A stretch of DNA of 63,301 nucleotides, counting the filler, from Aduncisulcus paluster (Eukaryota), in assembly GCA_024181965.1 (NCBI GenBank). It is 5 parts of 5 records of this genome, joined end to end, with 100 filler letters (N's around TTAATTAATTAA, not from the genome) between each part and the next. Parts side by side here need not be neighbours in the genome. Positions count along the whole stretch, not along the records: positions 38,199 to 53,140 come from BQXS01012714.1; positions 53,241 to 59,337 come from BQXS01012715.1; 3 more parts are not named here. One strand, 5' to 3'. This document shows positions 44,590-57,346 of this stretch, piece after piece. The notes under the pieces were generated by a model that saw only the letters and a program-made list of their open reading frames with translations, made no database searches and was not told where the DNA came from. How positions within the stretch are numbered: position 1 is the first letter of the stretch; every line of letters starts with the position of its first letter. The position numbers and the translations under genes are program-made.

Positions 44590-47500
44590 ATGATGAAATC
44601 TTTTTTAAATAAGAAAGGAAAATCACCAATAGAATATTTATTCCCTGTTGAGCCTATCTTTTCTATAGAGTCATTGAAAGGTTCCAATATTGACGAAAAA
44701 TCTCAGAATCTTGAAGAAATACTTATTAAATTTTTAAAAGTTTCAAAGATTCAACCTAAACGAATTGACAAATTCTCGAATCCAATTCCCTTATATATTC
44801 CCCAATCCTTCATTCATGGTAGTTTAGGAATAGAAATAATTGTTAAGAATTTGGAGTATGTTCCAATTCCTGAGTCAATTTTGAAAGGTGATCGGAAACA
44901 CGGATTATTCAAGGCCAAAATGGCCCTCGTTACATCTGAATTACAGAATAATCCCAGTGATATGAGGCCTATGACCCATCCAAGAGTAATATCAAATGTT
45001 ATCACCCTCCTTGGCGACAGAATCTCCTATTATGGGCAACCTATTCATGCTATCTCCAGTGATAGAAAGACATCGATTCCATACACTGCTTGTTCTGTAC
45101 AATTTGGACCAGAATTTGAAGGAAGATCGGTATGTTTCATGCTTGATGCTGATATTCTTGCCGATCGTGTTAAGAAACATGCCATCTCATCAGAAGCACC
45201 ACATCACTCAAAGAGTGAGGGTTCAGAGCCTATTATATCTAAATATATGTCAAAAATTGAGAAACAAATCGTTTTGGATATNNNNNNNNNNNNNNNNNNN
45301 NACCTATTCATGCTATCTCCAGTGATAGAAAGACATCGATTCCATACACTGCTTGTTCTGTACAATTTGGACCAGAATTTGAAGGAAGATCGGTATGTTT
45401 CATGCTTGATGCTGATATTCTTGCCGATCGTGTTAAGAAACATGCCATCTCATCAGAAGCACCACATCACTCAAAGAGTGAGGGTTCAGAGCCTATTATA
45501 TCTAAATATATGTCAAAAATTGAGAAACAAATCGTTTTGGATATTGATGGAGATAAAATGGGTTGGAAAGAATCAGAATCAACTACAAAGCCCGATATAC
45601 CACCTTCAAAGCTTGATATTCCGCCTTCACCCACCTTTGATGAGGCTTATAAACCCATTTCTGCCCTTTCTGATGAACATCTACATTTGTTTAATGATAT
45701 TAATCTATTGATTGAGTTTTCTTTTGAATCCATTTCTAAATCGAATCCTAATGATATTATTGATGAGATTGCTGGTTGGACATCGTGTTGTATTGTGCCA
45801 AAACATGCTTTAGATAGAGGGTTGTTAACAAGTGGGAAAAAATCTTCCTCTCTGTATGAAATCTTGACTTTGGATAAGTTTCAAGAGTCAGTCGGACCAA
45901 AAGTAACCAAGGGAAAACATTCGCATTTTAGAGATGAATTTCCCTCCATTTATGATCCTAAAGTCCTGAAGAAATGTGATAATTCTTATATCAAAGAGTT
46001 ATCCTCAGCTGGTTCAAAATATGATGAAAATGGATTAAAATCGATCTATTCAAATCAATTTATCAAAGAGAATTCCTATGAATCAACGATTATACGTCCT
46101 CATCCGTTGTTTTCCCTGTCTCAAACCCATGAAAAAACTCAAGCTTCTGCTAACTCACATTCTGAGTATCCCAAAGTCGAATTAACACATATATCGCCAG
46201 TTACTGGAGCCAATAGTGGTTTTTATAGCCCTGATAATATTATCCCTTCTCCTTCCCCTTCCGAAGCCTCTAAGGTTGTGTTTGGAAAGAAGAAAAAGAT
46301 TAAGGGCACGGTACTCACGGCATACGGTCTTGAAATTGATGGAAAATATACCCATAAAACTTATTCTCATAAGTATATTGAATTATTTGGAGGCTCTTGC
46401 TTCTTTGAGGTTAAACGTATAATAATGAAAGAAACTAAGATAAAAGTGAAGGAAAGAGTTGAAGAAGAAGGGTCAAATCGAACTATTCATGGAGAAAAAA
46501 TGCAAATAGAAGGTCAGATTAAGAAAAAATCTACTAAATCCAAACCAAAAATTAAAGTAGTAACCAAGAGAGCCTATGATATCCCAAAAATGCTCATATC
46601 TCCAGATTTCTTGTGTGCATTATTGCCGCTTTTACCACCAAACTTATTGATAGCTCCTTCATTTGTCCATTTATGTGCTTTAATCAGGTGTTTGTCCTTA
46701 TCGCTTTCTATCTTGTTTAGTGTGAATAACTTCGTTGCTATTGAGAACGAAAGAAAGAGGAAACAAGAAGATATGTCGAAAATAATTGCATATAAAAACA
46801 AAGAGAAAGAAGGGGAAGGAATTGAACGAAAGGAAGAGAGGAGGGAAGTTTCTAAAGGTGGTTATGATAAATATACTACGAATTCTCTCGATAAAACCAG
46901 TTCTGCTGCAATTTCAAGACGTTCGAAGCACAGTATAACGAAGAAAAACAACAAAGGAGTTATTGTCAGTGTCGATGAAGAAGAATATGAAGAAGATTTC
47001 GAGGAAGAATACTCATACAGCTCCTCATATGCCGATTCTTATTGTTCTTATGAAGAAGATATTGAGGAAGAAAAAGTTTCTAAGAAAATAACATGTGATA
47101 AGACAAAGCGTCATAGGTCGAGGAAACAAAAGAAGAGAGAAGACGCAAGTGGAATATCATGTGAAGAATCCAGTCCACAGTTTATTGGTGGGAACGAAGG
47201 TCTTGGGGCTGGGCGAGATGTGAGAGTAGATATACAACACGCTGGAGGCAAAGGATCGACACTTCTTTCACAATCCCTTGCCCATTCGTTGCTTCTCGGT
47301 TCTCACAGTTCCTTGATTCAGACTCTTCATGTATCAAGAAGCCTGTCTCAGTCGCACATTCTTCCAATGGATCCCGCATCCATGCAAGAGAGTGTGAGTC
47401 TAATGTTAGGAAGAGAAGTCAGTGGAGAGATCATTGATGATGGGTTTGACAGAGAGGAAGAAGAAGAGAGGGAAGTGGGGTTTGTTCATCCAGATCATGG

Positions 47501-48338
47501 AACTAAAGATGATCATTTCTTATCACCCATATCTTCCTCCTCTTCCTCTTCATCTTCCTCTTCATCTTCCTCCTCCTCTTCTTCTTCCTCTTCCTCTTCA
47601 TCATCTTCACATGAATCTCAATTCCTTCCTATTGATACTTCCAGGATCCCCCCTTCTCTTCTCTCTCCGGGCTTGATTGCCCCACCCGACATTCATGCCC
47701 TTTCTCTTGCCATTGGGTTTCTCAGAGTCTTGGTTCCATTGGATCTTGGTGGCGCTGAAAGTGTTGAGTTTGAGATGTTTCGTGATGAGGTTGGGATTGC
47801 CAGATTTGAAAGGGCGCAAAAATCTATGAAAAGTCAAGACAAAATCATTGCTGATGGTAAGAAGAAAGAAGAAGAGGAGGAAAGATTACATCGACTTGGT
47901 GCTGCAGATCAACGAGAAAAAGCCGTTGAAGATGATTTATTATTATCAACCACTTCTATTTCTTGGCAAATGGATACCTCATCATTGAAATTACCTCATG
48001 AATCCCTCTTGAAAGAATATGAAGAAAAGACTGATGGAAGAATCTTGCCTTGGAATCGAATTATTGATAATCAATGTTCTAGTGTCGTTGCTTTTTCTGT
48101 GCTGTCAAAGATTTTGTATGAACGATTGGCTGGTATGAACTCTGCCCAAAGAAAAGATATCGTTCTCCACGTTCGTATTATTACATATTTAGCTCAAATG
48201 ATAGGAAGATATATATATGTGAGACCTGAACTTATGAATGGTCCTGTCACGTCTGCAGAAATAGCTGAATTGGTGATGAATGCTATGATTGGAGAAGAAC
48301 CTAATGCTGATGCAATATTGAAACCTTTCAAGGGGTAA
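44590..48338 (+). CDS. Hypothetical protein (~1160 aa) with acidic and poly-Ser tracts, split by a gap duplication
   Basis: Collapsing 45039-45281/45302- leaves 3486 nt (1162 codons); no family recognised. Confidence 0.65.
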
Positions 48339-48411
48339 TATCCTGTCTTTTTATGATTGACAGGGGATTGATGTGATTATTTGAGATTTTTTACTATTGA
48401 ATCAATGAGAT

Positions 48412-51400
48412 CTATTTCTTAGGTTCTCTCTTTTTAAGAGTAAATTTGGACTTCTGAGGACCAGAAATAGTGACTGAGGTTTGATATGAGGGGAAAACTG
48501 CAGGACTTGGAGAAGATCCACCGAAACTCTGTCCAAACCACATACCAGTAGGTTGCATTGGGATTCCATGATTAGCCATTGGCATACCAGTAGGTTGCAT
48601 TCCAGGAGGCATGGTTGGCATTCCTGGAGGCATGAAGGCCATCGGATTGTTTGGTTGGGCTGGAGGCATGGATGAAACTGGCATTTCCAAAAGTTGCTGA
48701 GATATCGCATCGATTTCAGAACCACCTGAAGGCATTGAAGGTGGAACTGGTTGTTGTTTATCTTGACGAACAGGAGGAGAAGGTTCCTTTGTAACCTTTG
48801 GATCCAGTGGTTCGTGAATAAACACATCCTTTTCAGTTGGTTGATGGAGACGTGGAATCACAGGTTGAGATTCTTTTTTAACAGACTTCTTCTCGTCCAT
48901 TGCCTTTCTTTCACTTGGTATATGTTCAACAGGTGACTTCTTCGGTTTCTTTTCAACTGACTTGGGCTTGGGCTTGGATGGCTGTCTTGGCTCATTCTGT
49001 TTAACAGTGGGTTTCTTTTCCTTGAGTGATTCAGAGGAGGCTTTGATATCAACAACGGGTTTGGTTTCGGTTGTCTTAACATTAGGGGGTGTTTTCTTCT
49101 TTCTAGTGAACATCCTTGGAGCGGATGAAGAGGAAGATTTCTCAATTGGTTTAGTTAGGGTCGGGACAGAAGCAGCAATCATTTCCTCCTTAATTTCTTC
49201 CAATTTCATAGTCTTAGCTCTCTCCTTCTCTCTTTTCATCACTCTTTTGGCCAATACATCACAATGGCGGACATCCTTGGTGACCTCTCTGCACCATTTC
49301 TCCACATTGCTGGAGTCAAGATAGTTGCTGAGGTGAATTGTGCCAGCAGCCTTGATAAGATCATCATTGACATGCAACAAACGAGTGAGGGTGTACCGAG
49401 GTTGCTTGGTAAGCAAAGGTTCCTCAATCATACTCCTATACGATGTAAGGGTGGTGCAGATAGGATAGAACCATAGTACAACACACATTCCATCAGAGCA
49501 CATATCCCTGGGTCTCTGTTCATCCCCAATCACAACTCCAACAGCAAAGGAGGCTGGATGAGAACCACGGTGTGATGGACAGCTCATGGAAGCAACAATG
49601 TCACCCAAGATGGGCATTGTCCTCAAACGATCAGTGGAATTGGACAAGAACATGGGAGAATGTGTGTATGATGTAAGGAGNNNNNNNNNNNNNNNNNNNN
49701 ACCATAGTACAACACACATTCATCAGAGCACATATCCCTGGGTCTCTGTTCATCCCCAATCACAACTCCAACAGCAAAGGAGGCTGGATGAGAACCACGG
49801 TGTGATGGACAGCTCATGGAAGCAACAATGTCACCCAAGATGGGCATTGTCCTCAAACGATCAGTGGAATTGGACAAGAACATGGGAGAATGTGTGTATG
49901 ATGTAAGGAGACTTGAAGCATTCACGACAAGCCTACGACGATCAGAAATGGATTCAATGGTTTCAGTTTTCTTCCCTTTCTTTCCTTTCTTTCCTTTCTT
50001 CCCACCATTAGTTGATCCAGAAGCCCGTGCATGGAGTTCCTTCTCACATTCATCAATCAAATTCTCAATAAAATCAGAGTCAAGATAACGCAGATGAGCT
50101 CGTTCAGCATGGAGACAGAAGCGAGAATCAATTCCACCATTCTTTTTTGGGAATCCAGCTCCACTGAAATATTCAGCACGGAAGAATGGATCCTCTTCCT
50201 CACCGATTGGATGACTATTTTTAGACTCAGTGGGGACATCAGCTCCATATTGTTCGAGAGGAGCAGTGTGCATATGTCTAGTCTCTGAAGGGATAATGTT
50301 ACTCATAATATATTCCTCAATAAAAGACAAAGCCATGGGGACTTCATGGGCATTATGTGGCCATGGTAGAGAAAGAGCGGAATGACCAATTGTCCTTGAG
50401 AAATCAGGATAGGGCAAATGGTCCTCTTTCCTCCTCTTTTTGTTCTCTTCTTGGACCTGGGAGATCTGGTATTGGGTTTTTCCGAGTTGGAATACCTTGG
50501 TTATATCCCTCTTCCCCGATTGACTAAGGAATTGAAGGAGGAATGGGAATGCAATGCAGTAATGGAGGATATATTTGATTGCTTGCTGTGAATAGTAGAC
50601 CTCGGGGTAAGTTGGAGTCATTTTCAAGTAAGTCAGACCTTTACACATTCTGGACTGGCGTTTATCATAGATACACAGACCAAGATCCCAGGAAGCATCG
50701 CGGCTCAATTTAACAAAACAATCACCGGCAATCGTATCTATCGCTTTTGGATGAACAAACTGCTCAATGGTTTTAGAAACATGCCAAGCCACAGCCTTAG
50801 AGGGATAATAAGCCTGGGAATCGATGATACAGCGTGTCAAAGACATCTTCTTCCCGCCAAGAACCTTTTTAGCCTTGCGATAAACAGTGTTCCTTGTGTT
50901 CTGAAGAACTCTTTCCATCATGGAGCTCACAGAGTCAATTGCATCAACTGAAGTGGAATCTACCACAACATTAACACAACGGTTGATATCTGACAATATT
51001 GGCTTAATTATGCTGTCTTTGCTTGAGAATACAAGGGATAAAGCATTGGAAATAGACGCAGCGGTATTTGAAGAGCCGTGCAAGGACATTTTCTTCATTC
51101 CACGTGCAGTCAAGGCTCTCTTATACACATCCAGGGGCAGGGATGGAGCAATGTCAGTGGGAACAATGGATACAAGCACCCCACTAATGATTGAAGAGAT
51201 ATCCTTGGGTGCCTTGGTTCCACTGGAGGACTGTGGAATGTCAGCAGTACACAAAACAGAGGATCCCACGGGGAATAGATGGAGAAGGAGCTCAACAAGC
51301 TCAAATGAAGTGGCAGGGACGAGCTCAGGAGTTTTCTTAGGAACAGTGGAAGAATCTGAGGCAGACTGTTCTTTGGATTCTTCTTTAGAAACAGCAGGAC

Positions 51401-53140
51401 TTTCCTCTTCATTCATACCAAACCCAGAACTATCATCATCTGAAAACTCAACATCACCACTACTCTCGTCTTCACTTTCATCCCCGGAGGACTTCTTGCC
51501 AGCGCTAGCACTTGATCCACTGACTTCTTCATCTTGGTGGCTTACTGGAACAGGCTCGGCTTCAAGGATTTCGAGGTTAGGATGAGAATAGATGGATCTT
51601 GTCCATATTGATACGTCATCGCATGAACGGATGCACTGAATTGGCACAGGAATAGGGTTTCCAAAGAGATTGTGAGGGTAGAACATTGGAGGAGTAACAT
51701 CATTGAATGTGTCAAATGAGGAGTGGAGACTCATGAGACAATCGTAAATGTCAGGGTTTCCTTTAAACCCGTGTGGATCCATGGGATCCATGAAACGAAC
51801 ATCAACACAGTCAGAGCCAGCACTCACACAGACAATGGGCTGGACATATCCCACGACTGACACTGCAATATCAACACCATACTTGTTGAAGAGAACTCGA
51901 CCAATATCTTTGGCCAATTTGGGATCTTCAACCTGTTCAATGCTTGTCAGAACACAAGGGAAAGGTTGAGATACTCCAGCATATACGGGAATATTGGTCT
52001 CAAGGAAAGGAAGTTCAATTTCATCCAATGGGGATTCTGAGGTTGATGTGGGGATATCAGAACCAAAGAAGTCACTGGCATCACCTTCACTCGGACTTTT
52101 GGCACTAGAGTCAGATACAGAGGTGGGAGAGGCAGAAACACGCTCGAGGGCAGCACGAATAAGACGTTTGCGATCACGGGTCCAAGTTTCAAATCCACTT
52201 GTCCTTGATTTTTCTCCAAATTTCCACATTTTACGCTCGAATCCAGAGAGAAGTGACTCCGGATTCGATGGAATAAGACGTCTATAAATAGAATCAATGG
52301 TTTCAACACTGACAACCGAGCTAGATCCTCCCAATTTATCACTTACTACAGCACTAGACTTGCTGAGACCTTCTCCGTTGCCCTCTTCTTTCATTCTAAC
52401 TAACATTGAGAAATATCTAGACCTATTGTAGTGAACCATAGTTTCTTCAGAGAAAACACAGCTGGGTTTCTCAGTCTCTAGGCGAGTTCCGATCCCTTCA
52501 TATATTTGCTCCAACTTAAAGAAATACTCCTGATATTGCTGTTGTCCAAGAATACGTCCTTCCATTTCAGAGTTAGGATGCTCGATATCTTTCATGTTCG
52601 AGACACCCACTGTCCTCGGGTAGGAATACAGAGGAGGAGCAACTTTGGCATGAGCTGAAGATGTGAGTGAGTGAGTGACAAGGGTGGAAAGAGGGGCTTG
52701 GTGACCGTACTCTTCATTGGAAAACATACAGCACTCTCCGGCTCTACCGTGACAATTGGCAGAACCAGAATCACGGGTGCACACACACACGCTGGTTGAA
52801 AAGGCACGGGGAACATGGGTTAAGGGAGTCGTGTGAGCAGATGATGACACATAACGCCTTGGATATTGCATATGATATGATGAATAAGGCTTATCTTGGA
52901 ATGTCACATGGTTATCTTTACGATAAGTGAGTTCTTTGCGTTGTTCACTCATAATGGGGGTCACATCGCCATGATAAGAGGCGGCTTCATCGACATTATT
53001 GAAGAATATGAGCTCTCTACCAAATGTATTGAGCTCAAGCATTTCAGGAGTTACGCTTCCTCCTTCGCCACACTCTCCTTTCCGTTCAATCTCACGTTCC
53101 ATCACTCTTCTGATGGAATCAACCTGGACGAAAGGAAGCT
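48412..53140 (-). CDS. XRN1: 5'-3' exoribonuclease XRN1, C-terminal half (5'-truncated by contig end)
   Basis: LPFVQVDSIRRV...TPEMLELNTFG (end of conserved region 2), YYPSKAVA...DLGLCI...VYYSQQAIKYILHYCIAFP, SH3-like LGDIVA...GVVIG, Pro/Met-rich tail; gap duplication at 49470-49680/49701-. Confidence 0.7.
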
Positions 53141-53240
53141 NNNNNNNNNNNNNNNNNNNNNNNNNNNNNNNNNNNNNNNNNNNNTTAATTAATTAANNNN
53201 NNNNNNNNNNNNNNNNNNNNNNNNNNNNNNNNNNNNNNNN
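53141..53240. other. Artificial contig linker
   Basis: 44 N + TTAATTAATTAA + 44 N. Confidence 0.97.
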
Positions 53241-53241
53241 T

Positions 53242-55920
53242 TTATACAGAGGCAACAATTATTCCTCATCCCCTTCTTCCTCTAGAAGTCCTTCTTCAAA
53301 ATCTAGTGTACCCCAAGATGATAGTGTGACCCAATTACATCTCTCTGACCGTCGACTATATATGGGACTCCCTCAGACCGGTTTACGTGCTCATCTTCTT
53401 AAAATATTCCAAGAACAGACCCCTGATCTAGCAGATACCTCATTAATAGCGACAGTACCTTCTCCCTTCGCTTCAGAAGCTCCTGTTGCTTCCTTATCGA
53501 CGGTTAAAGATGCCCGTGATCCAGATTCAATGTATCAAACAACAGATTCAGAGAAAGATCAGGAAGAGGGCGAGGGTCATTCTTCATCTCCAACCCCACT
53601 ACATGAACTCGATATATTTAGAATATTACTCAATCGTAGATGGCCCAACGTTCTCCTCCGTTCCGGTGTGACTTACAAACAGCAATATGTTGAGTCCAAA
53701 TATAGTCAATCTCATCTCCAAGTCAGATGGAGACTAATTCTATTCCTCATTAGGTCCTGCGAAGAAGTCCTGGTGATGGGACGAACACCTTCCAAGAAAG
53801 AGGAAAACACAGCAGATATATCAGTTGAGAAGAAAGAAAAACCGCAGCAAGATGAAGAATTTGGCAGCAAGGAACATCCACATACAGACAAAGATATAGC
53901 ATCTGGCAGTCCAACTTCCTCTCGCAAAGCTTTTCCTTGGTCCGAGGAGAGTGATTTCTTTTCTGTTGTCGACTATTTTTTTGCTTGTTTCGATACTCCG
54001 CTTTCCCATTCTGTCGCCTCGACGTCATTATGTTCCTCTTTGTCCAGGACTGTTTACTACGATTTGAATACAATTATATGCGGAGATAATTGTGTCATTC
54101 CCATTGGCCAACCCTCATCCGTCCATTCTTCTCTCTCGGTCGGCCACACATCTGAGGACACCATCTTCACTCCTGCCTCGCTGACTCTCTCCATTCTCCT
54201 TCGTCTCTTCTTGCCATTGTGCACGTACGAGTGTGTATCGAGAGAATGGATGAAAACTCAGCTCCTCTCATCAGAGGGCAAGCTTGAGTTCTCGGTGGGG
54301 AAACGCGAGACAGCTGATGATGAGGTCTTTAATGCTTGTCTTATCCCCTTTTTCTGTTCGATTCCATATGTGTTGACAATGTCACTTTCAACGATCTTCA
54401 ACAACTCTCTCTCCCTGATGCATTCTTGCCGAAGTTCATTCAATGCGGTTGAATTTGATTCAATAATCCCACTAACATCTATTCCAACTGGAGTGATTGA
54501 TTCTGGAATCAAGGAGGTTGAAATTAAGCGGACAGTGTTTGCACTGTTACCAGTTCTCTTGGATAGCTTAGCCATCTCTGGTACTGTGATCCTCCCTCAC
54601 CTCTCCTCTGCACCTCGCCTTTTACTTTGTCGTGCCATCTTACTTCCCCAGCTTCTCCTGAGTCTCTCTCTGTGCGAGTGTGTGCGTGAAGTGACTGGTT
54701 CAGGTGATAGTGGAGTGATGGGAAGTTCCATAGCAGCCATGAGGAGTGGAAAACGCGGTAATTTTACTTTCATCGAAGGTGAAGGAAAAGCAGTTGGAAG
54801 TGGGATAAGAGAGATGATTACTGTGCTAATGGGTGGCATTTCTTCCTCAGAAAGCAAGAAGGGATGTAGCCTTGGTGGTATTGTTGGACTGGATTCTTCA
54901 AGAAGCTCCAAGGTTCATCTGAGCAGTTGGAAAAGACGTGTATTGAGTTCCGTTAAGAAAGATGGGGACATCAAACCTTTCACTCCGCTTTCATATCGTT
55001 CATATACAGCCACGTCAAGTTCTCTTCTTGGATCAACCATGCCAATGTTCAACTACACTAACTCAAAGCCATCAGCCACTCTCACTCTTTCTGAAGTGAA
55101 AGCCCAGAATTCTTTGACCCTAGATTGGCCGCTGCTATTTCCTTCTCTCTCCTCTCTCTCTGCTTCTTCTTCCCTGGACTCTCTGTCAAGAATGTCTTCA
55201 GTGGGGCAAATGTCTCATCATGCCTCAGCTGTCGGACTCTCTCCCTCTGGATCTGCTGTGTTTTCTCAGATCCAAACGTCAACAACGTCTTCTTCCTCCA
55301 TATTTCCCCATATTGCTCTCCTCGCCTCGACTTCTCTGTCATTGATGGGGTCTTTCAGTGAGTCTCTGCTACTCACTGGTCCCGGAAGTGTCGTTTGCGG
55401 AGAGATGGAGCGAGAGTGTGTCCACATCATGCTAAACCAAGCCCAAGTTCTTGCTCGTTTGGTCGGTGGCTGGGTGAGTTCTCCCATTTATCGCCTGGGC
55501 CTGACTCTCTGTGAGGGTGGACTTCTTGAAGAGGAGGACGAGTACAGAAAAGTGAGAACGATTGGAGGTGTGCGTCTATTCCTCACTGGAGGGGATGGAA
55601 GTGAGTTTGGCACTGAAGACATTGTTGCCAGCATTGAGGAACGTTGCTCTCAGGTGTGGCATTTGATGGGATCTGAAGAAGATAACGACGTTTGTATCGT
55701 TTGCGGTCGTGTTATCGATGGAGTTATTTCTGATGTCGTCGATCAACTCAAGAAAATGTTTGTCCGTCGTCAATCGTCAGGCGATTCACAATATTCTGAG
55801 AAAAATATCGCGAAAATGACGAAAGAACTGTATTTGTTAGTACAGGTTCTTGAAAGGACAGCCAAGATGGCTCTTGGACTTTCGACACTTCGTTTGGTCG
55901 AGAGTAGAGGTCATCCTTGA
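53242..55920 (+). CDS. Hypothetical Ser/Leu-rich protein, 5'-truncated
   Basis: Frame open from contig start to TGA at 55918-55920; no family recognised. Confidence 0.65.
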   Translation, partial: LYRGNNYSSSPSSSRSPSSKSSVPQDDSVTQLHLSDRRLYMGLPQTGLRAHLLKIFQEQTPDLADTSLIATVPSPFASEAPVASLSTVKDARDPDSMYQTTDSEKDQEEGEGHSSSPTPLHELDIFRILLNRRWPNVLLRSGVTYKQQYVESKYSQSHLQVRWRLILFLIRSCEEVLVMGRTPSKKEENTADISVEKKEKPQQDEEFGSKEHPHTDKDIASGSPTSSRKAFPWSEESDFFSVVDYFFACFDTPLSHSVASTSLCSSLSRTVYYDLNTIICGDNCVIPIGQPSSVHSSLSVGHTSEDTIFTPASLTLSILLRLFLPLCTYECVSREWMKTQLLSSEGKLEFSVGKRETADDEVFNACLIPFFCSIPYVLTMSLSTIFNNSLSLMHSCRSSFNAVEFDSIIPLTSIPTGVIDSGIKEVEIKRTVFALLPVLLDSLAISGTVILPHLSSAPRLLLCRAILLPQLLLSLSLCECVREVTGSGDSGVMGSSIAAMRSGKRGNFTFIEGEGKAVGSGIREMITVLMGGISSSESKKGCSLGGIVGLDSSRSSKVHLSSWKRRVLSSVKKDGDIKPFTPLSYRSYTATSSSLLGSTMPMFNYTNSKPSATLTLSEVKAQNSLTLDWPLLFPSLSSLSASSSLDSLSRMSSVGQMSHHASAVGLSPSGSAVFSQIQTSTTSSSSIFPHIALLASTSLSLMGSFSESLLLTGPGSVVCGEMERECVHIMLNQAQVLARLVGGWVSSPIYRLGLTLCEGGLLEEEDEYRKVRTIGGVRLFLTGGDGSEFGTEDIVASIEERCSQVWHLMGSEEDNDVCIVCGRVIDGVISDVVDQLKKMFVRRQSSGDSQYSEKNIAKMTKELYLLVQVLERTAKMALGLSTLRLVESRGHP

Positions 55921-55962
55921 TTATCTATCTATGATGTCAAGTAAAGCTTATTTATTATTGAT

Positions 55963-57018
55963 TCAAACAATGAAAATGACATTCTCACCCTTGGCTATTT
56001 TTATCAATCGACGTCTGAGAAGGAATAGAATTGGAATTGATAAATCATTTGGTTCAACCTCCAGGTCTTCGGCTATCTCATCCAATTTCTTTCCTTTTGA
56101 GTATGATGATTTCCCTATTGAGAAGAGCACTGCAGCTGGAAAAGGAGGCAAAACTATTTCTTTTCCCCTTGGATCCTTCATGGTCACTTTTCCACACATT
56201 CCATGGCACCCAAACCTGAATGTTACCAAAGATCCGGTCTTACGGGGTTTCTCTGAGGCAGTCGCAGTGCCTTGTGCATCTGAGTGGACAGAATCAAAGG
56301 TTTTCTTAACAGCTTGGGATGCTTTTGAATACCATCCATCCATCAATTTCCTCGAAACCTCTTTGGAAGAATATTTTTCTGGGATCTTATCAGTAAACTC
56401 TTTTGGAATTGAGAACGCGATCATTTCTTCGTCAAATAGGGCGTTTGAAAGGTTAGGATCATACATACAGGTCGCTAGGCGTACATCTGCGGGATGCAAT
56501 TTCCTTGGACAGAGATTGGGAGAATCCATGGCGTGATCGACACGAACGTGTAAATCTTCTTCAGTCATAGTTATTGAGGGGCCAGAGGAGGGTACGAGAG
56601 CAGGCGTTTCCCGATGAGTAAATGTAAAACGTTTTGATGGGAAATCATAGGAAAAATGTGACATGGAAGAAATTGGGAAATGCTTGACTAAATCGATTTC
56701 AGAACGTGAAATGGATGGATATTTATCAGATATATCTTTAAGAATAGAGTGTTCACACTTTGCCAGATCTTTTTCTTTTGTATCTTTAATTGAATATGTT
56801 AACTCTTTCATTTCTTCTATGGATGGAATATATGATAATGGGAGATCATCAACCATGAGTTGAAAATTGAATGTTCCTGTACGCCTCTTATATCTTTTTA
56901 TCCATTCGAGAAAATTACGATAAGTCCCAGAACATGTTTCTATCTCTCTCTTTGAAAGATTTGTGCACTTATACTGGTATAAGATACACGCATTAATATA
57001 ATCTTCTTGTGATATCAT
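55963..57018 (-). CDS. Protein ending in a cullin-homology-like (cullin/APC2) segment
   Basis: FSIPKEF...FRFGCHGMCGKVTM...IVLPPFPAAVLFSI...KLDEIAEDLEV...ILFLLRRRLI resembles the cullin alpha/beta plus winged-helix region. Confidence 0.45.
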   Translation of the reverse strand: MISQEDYINACILYQYKCTNLSKREIETCSGTYRNFLEWIKRYKRRTGTFNFQLMVDDLPLSYIPSIEEMKELTYSIKDTKEKDLAKCEHSILKDISDKYPSISRSEIDLVKHFPISSMSHFSYDFPSKRFTFTHRETPALVPSSGPSITMTEEDLHVRVDHAMDSPNLCPRKLHPADVRLATCMYDPNLSNALFDEEMIAFSIPKEFTDKIPEKYSSKEVSRKLMDGWYSKASQAVKKTFDSVHSDAQGTATASEKPRKTGSLVTFRFGCHGMCGKVTMKDPRGKEIVLPPFPAAVLFSIGKSSYSKGKKLDEIAEDLEVEPNDLSIPILFLLRRRLIKIAKGENVIFIV

Positions 57019-57346
57019 CAATTTTTAATATATATGAGATTTTTTATGCACATAGCAGAAGGAATCGAAGATTTTAACATCGGGATTTTCGATGTTTTGT
57101 AATTCAATTTCATTCAAAACTTAACAGCAAAAATTTTAGTATAATGGGACCAATTGATTTAAATTTTATACCATAGGCTGAATATTTGTATTTTTTGGGA
57201 GGACAGAATTTATCTCACGAATTACTGAATTTGTACTGTAAAAAATACCACTTTTTCGATTATTAATACATGAATAAATTACTACACTGGTAAATATTTA
57301 ATTATGAATAATATTACGATAGAAACGAAAAAAATCTTAGATTGCC

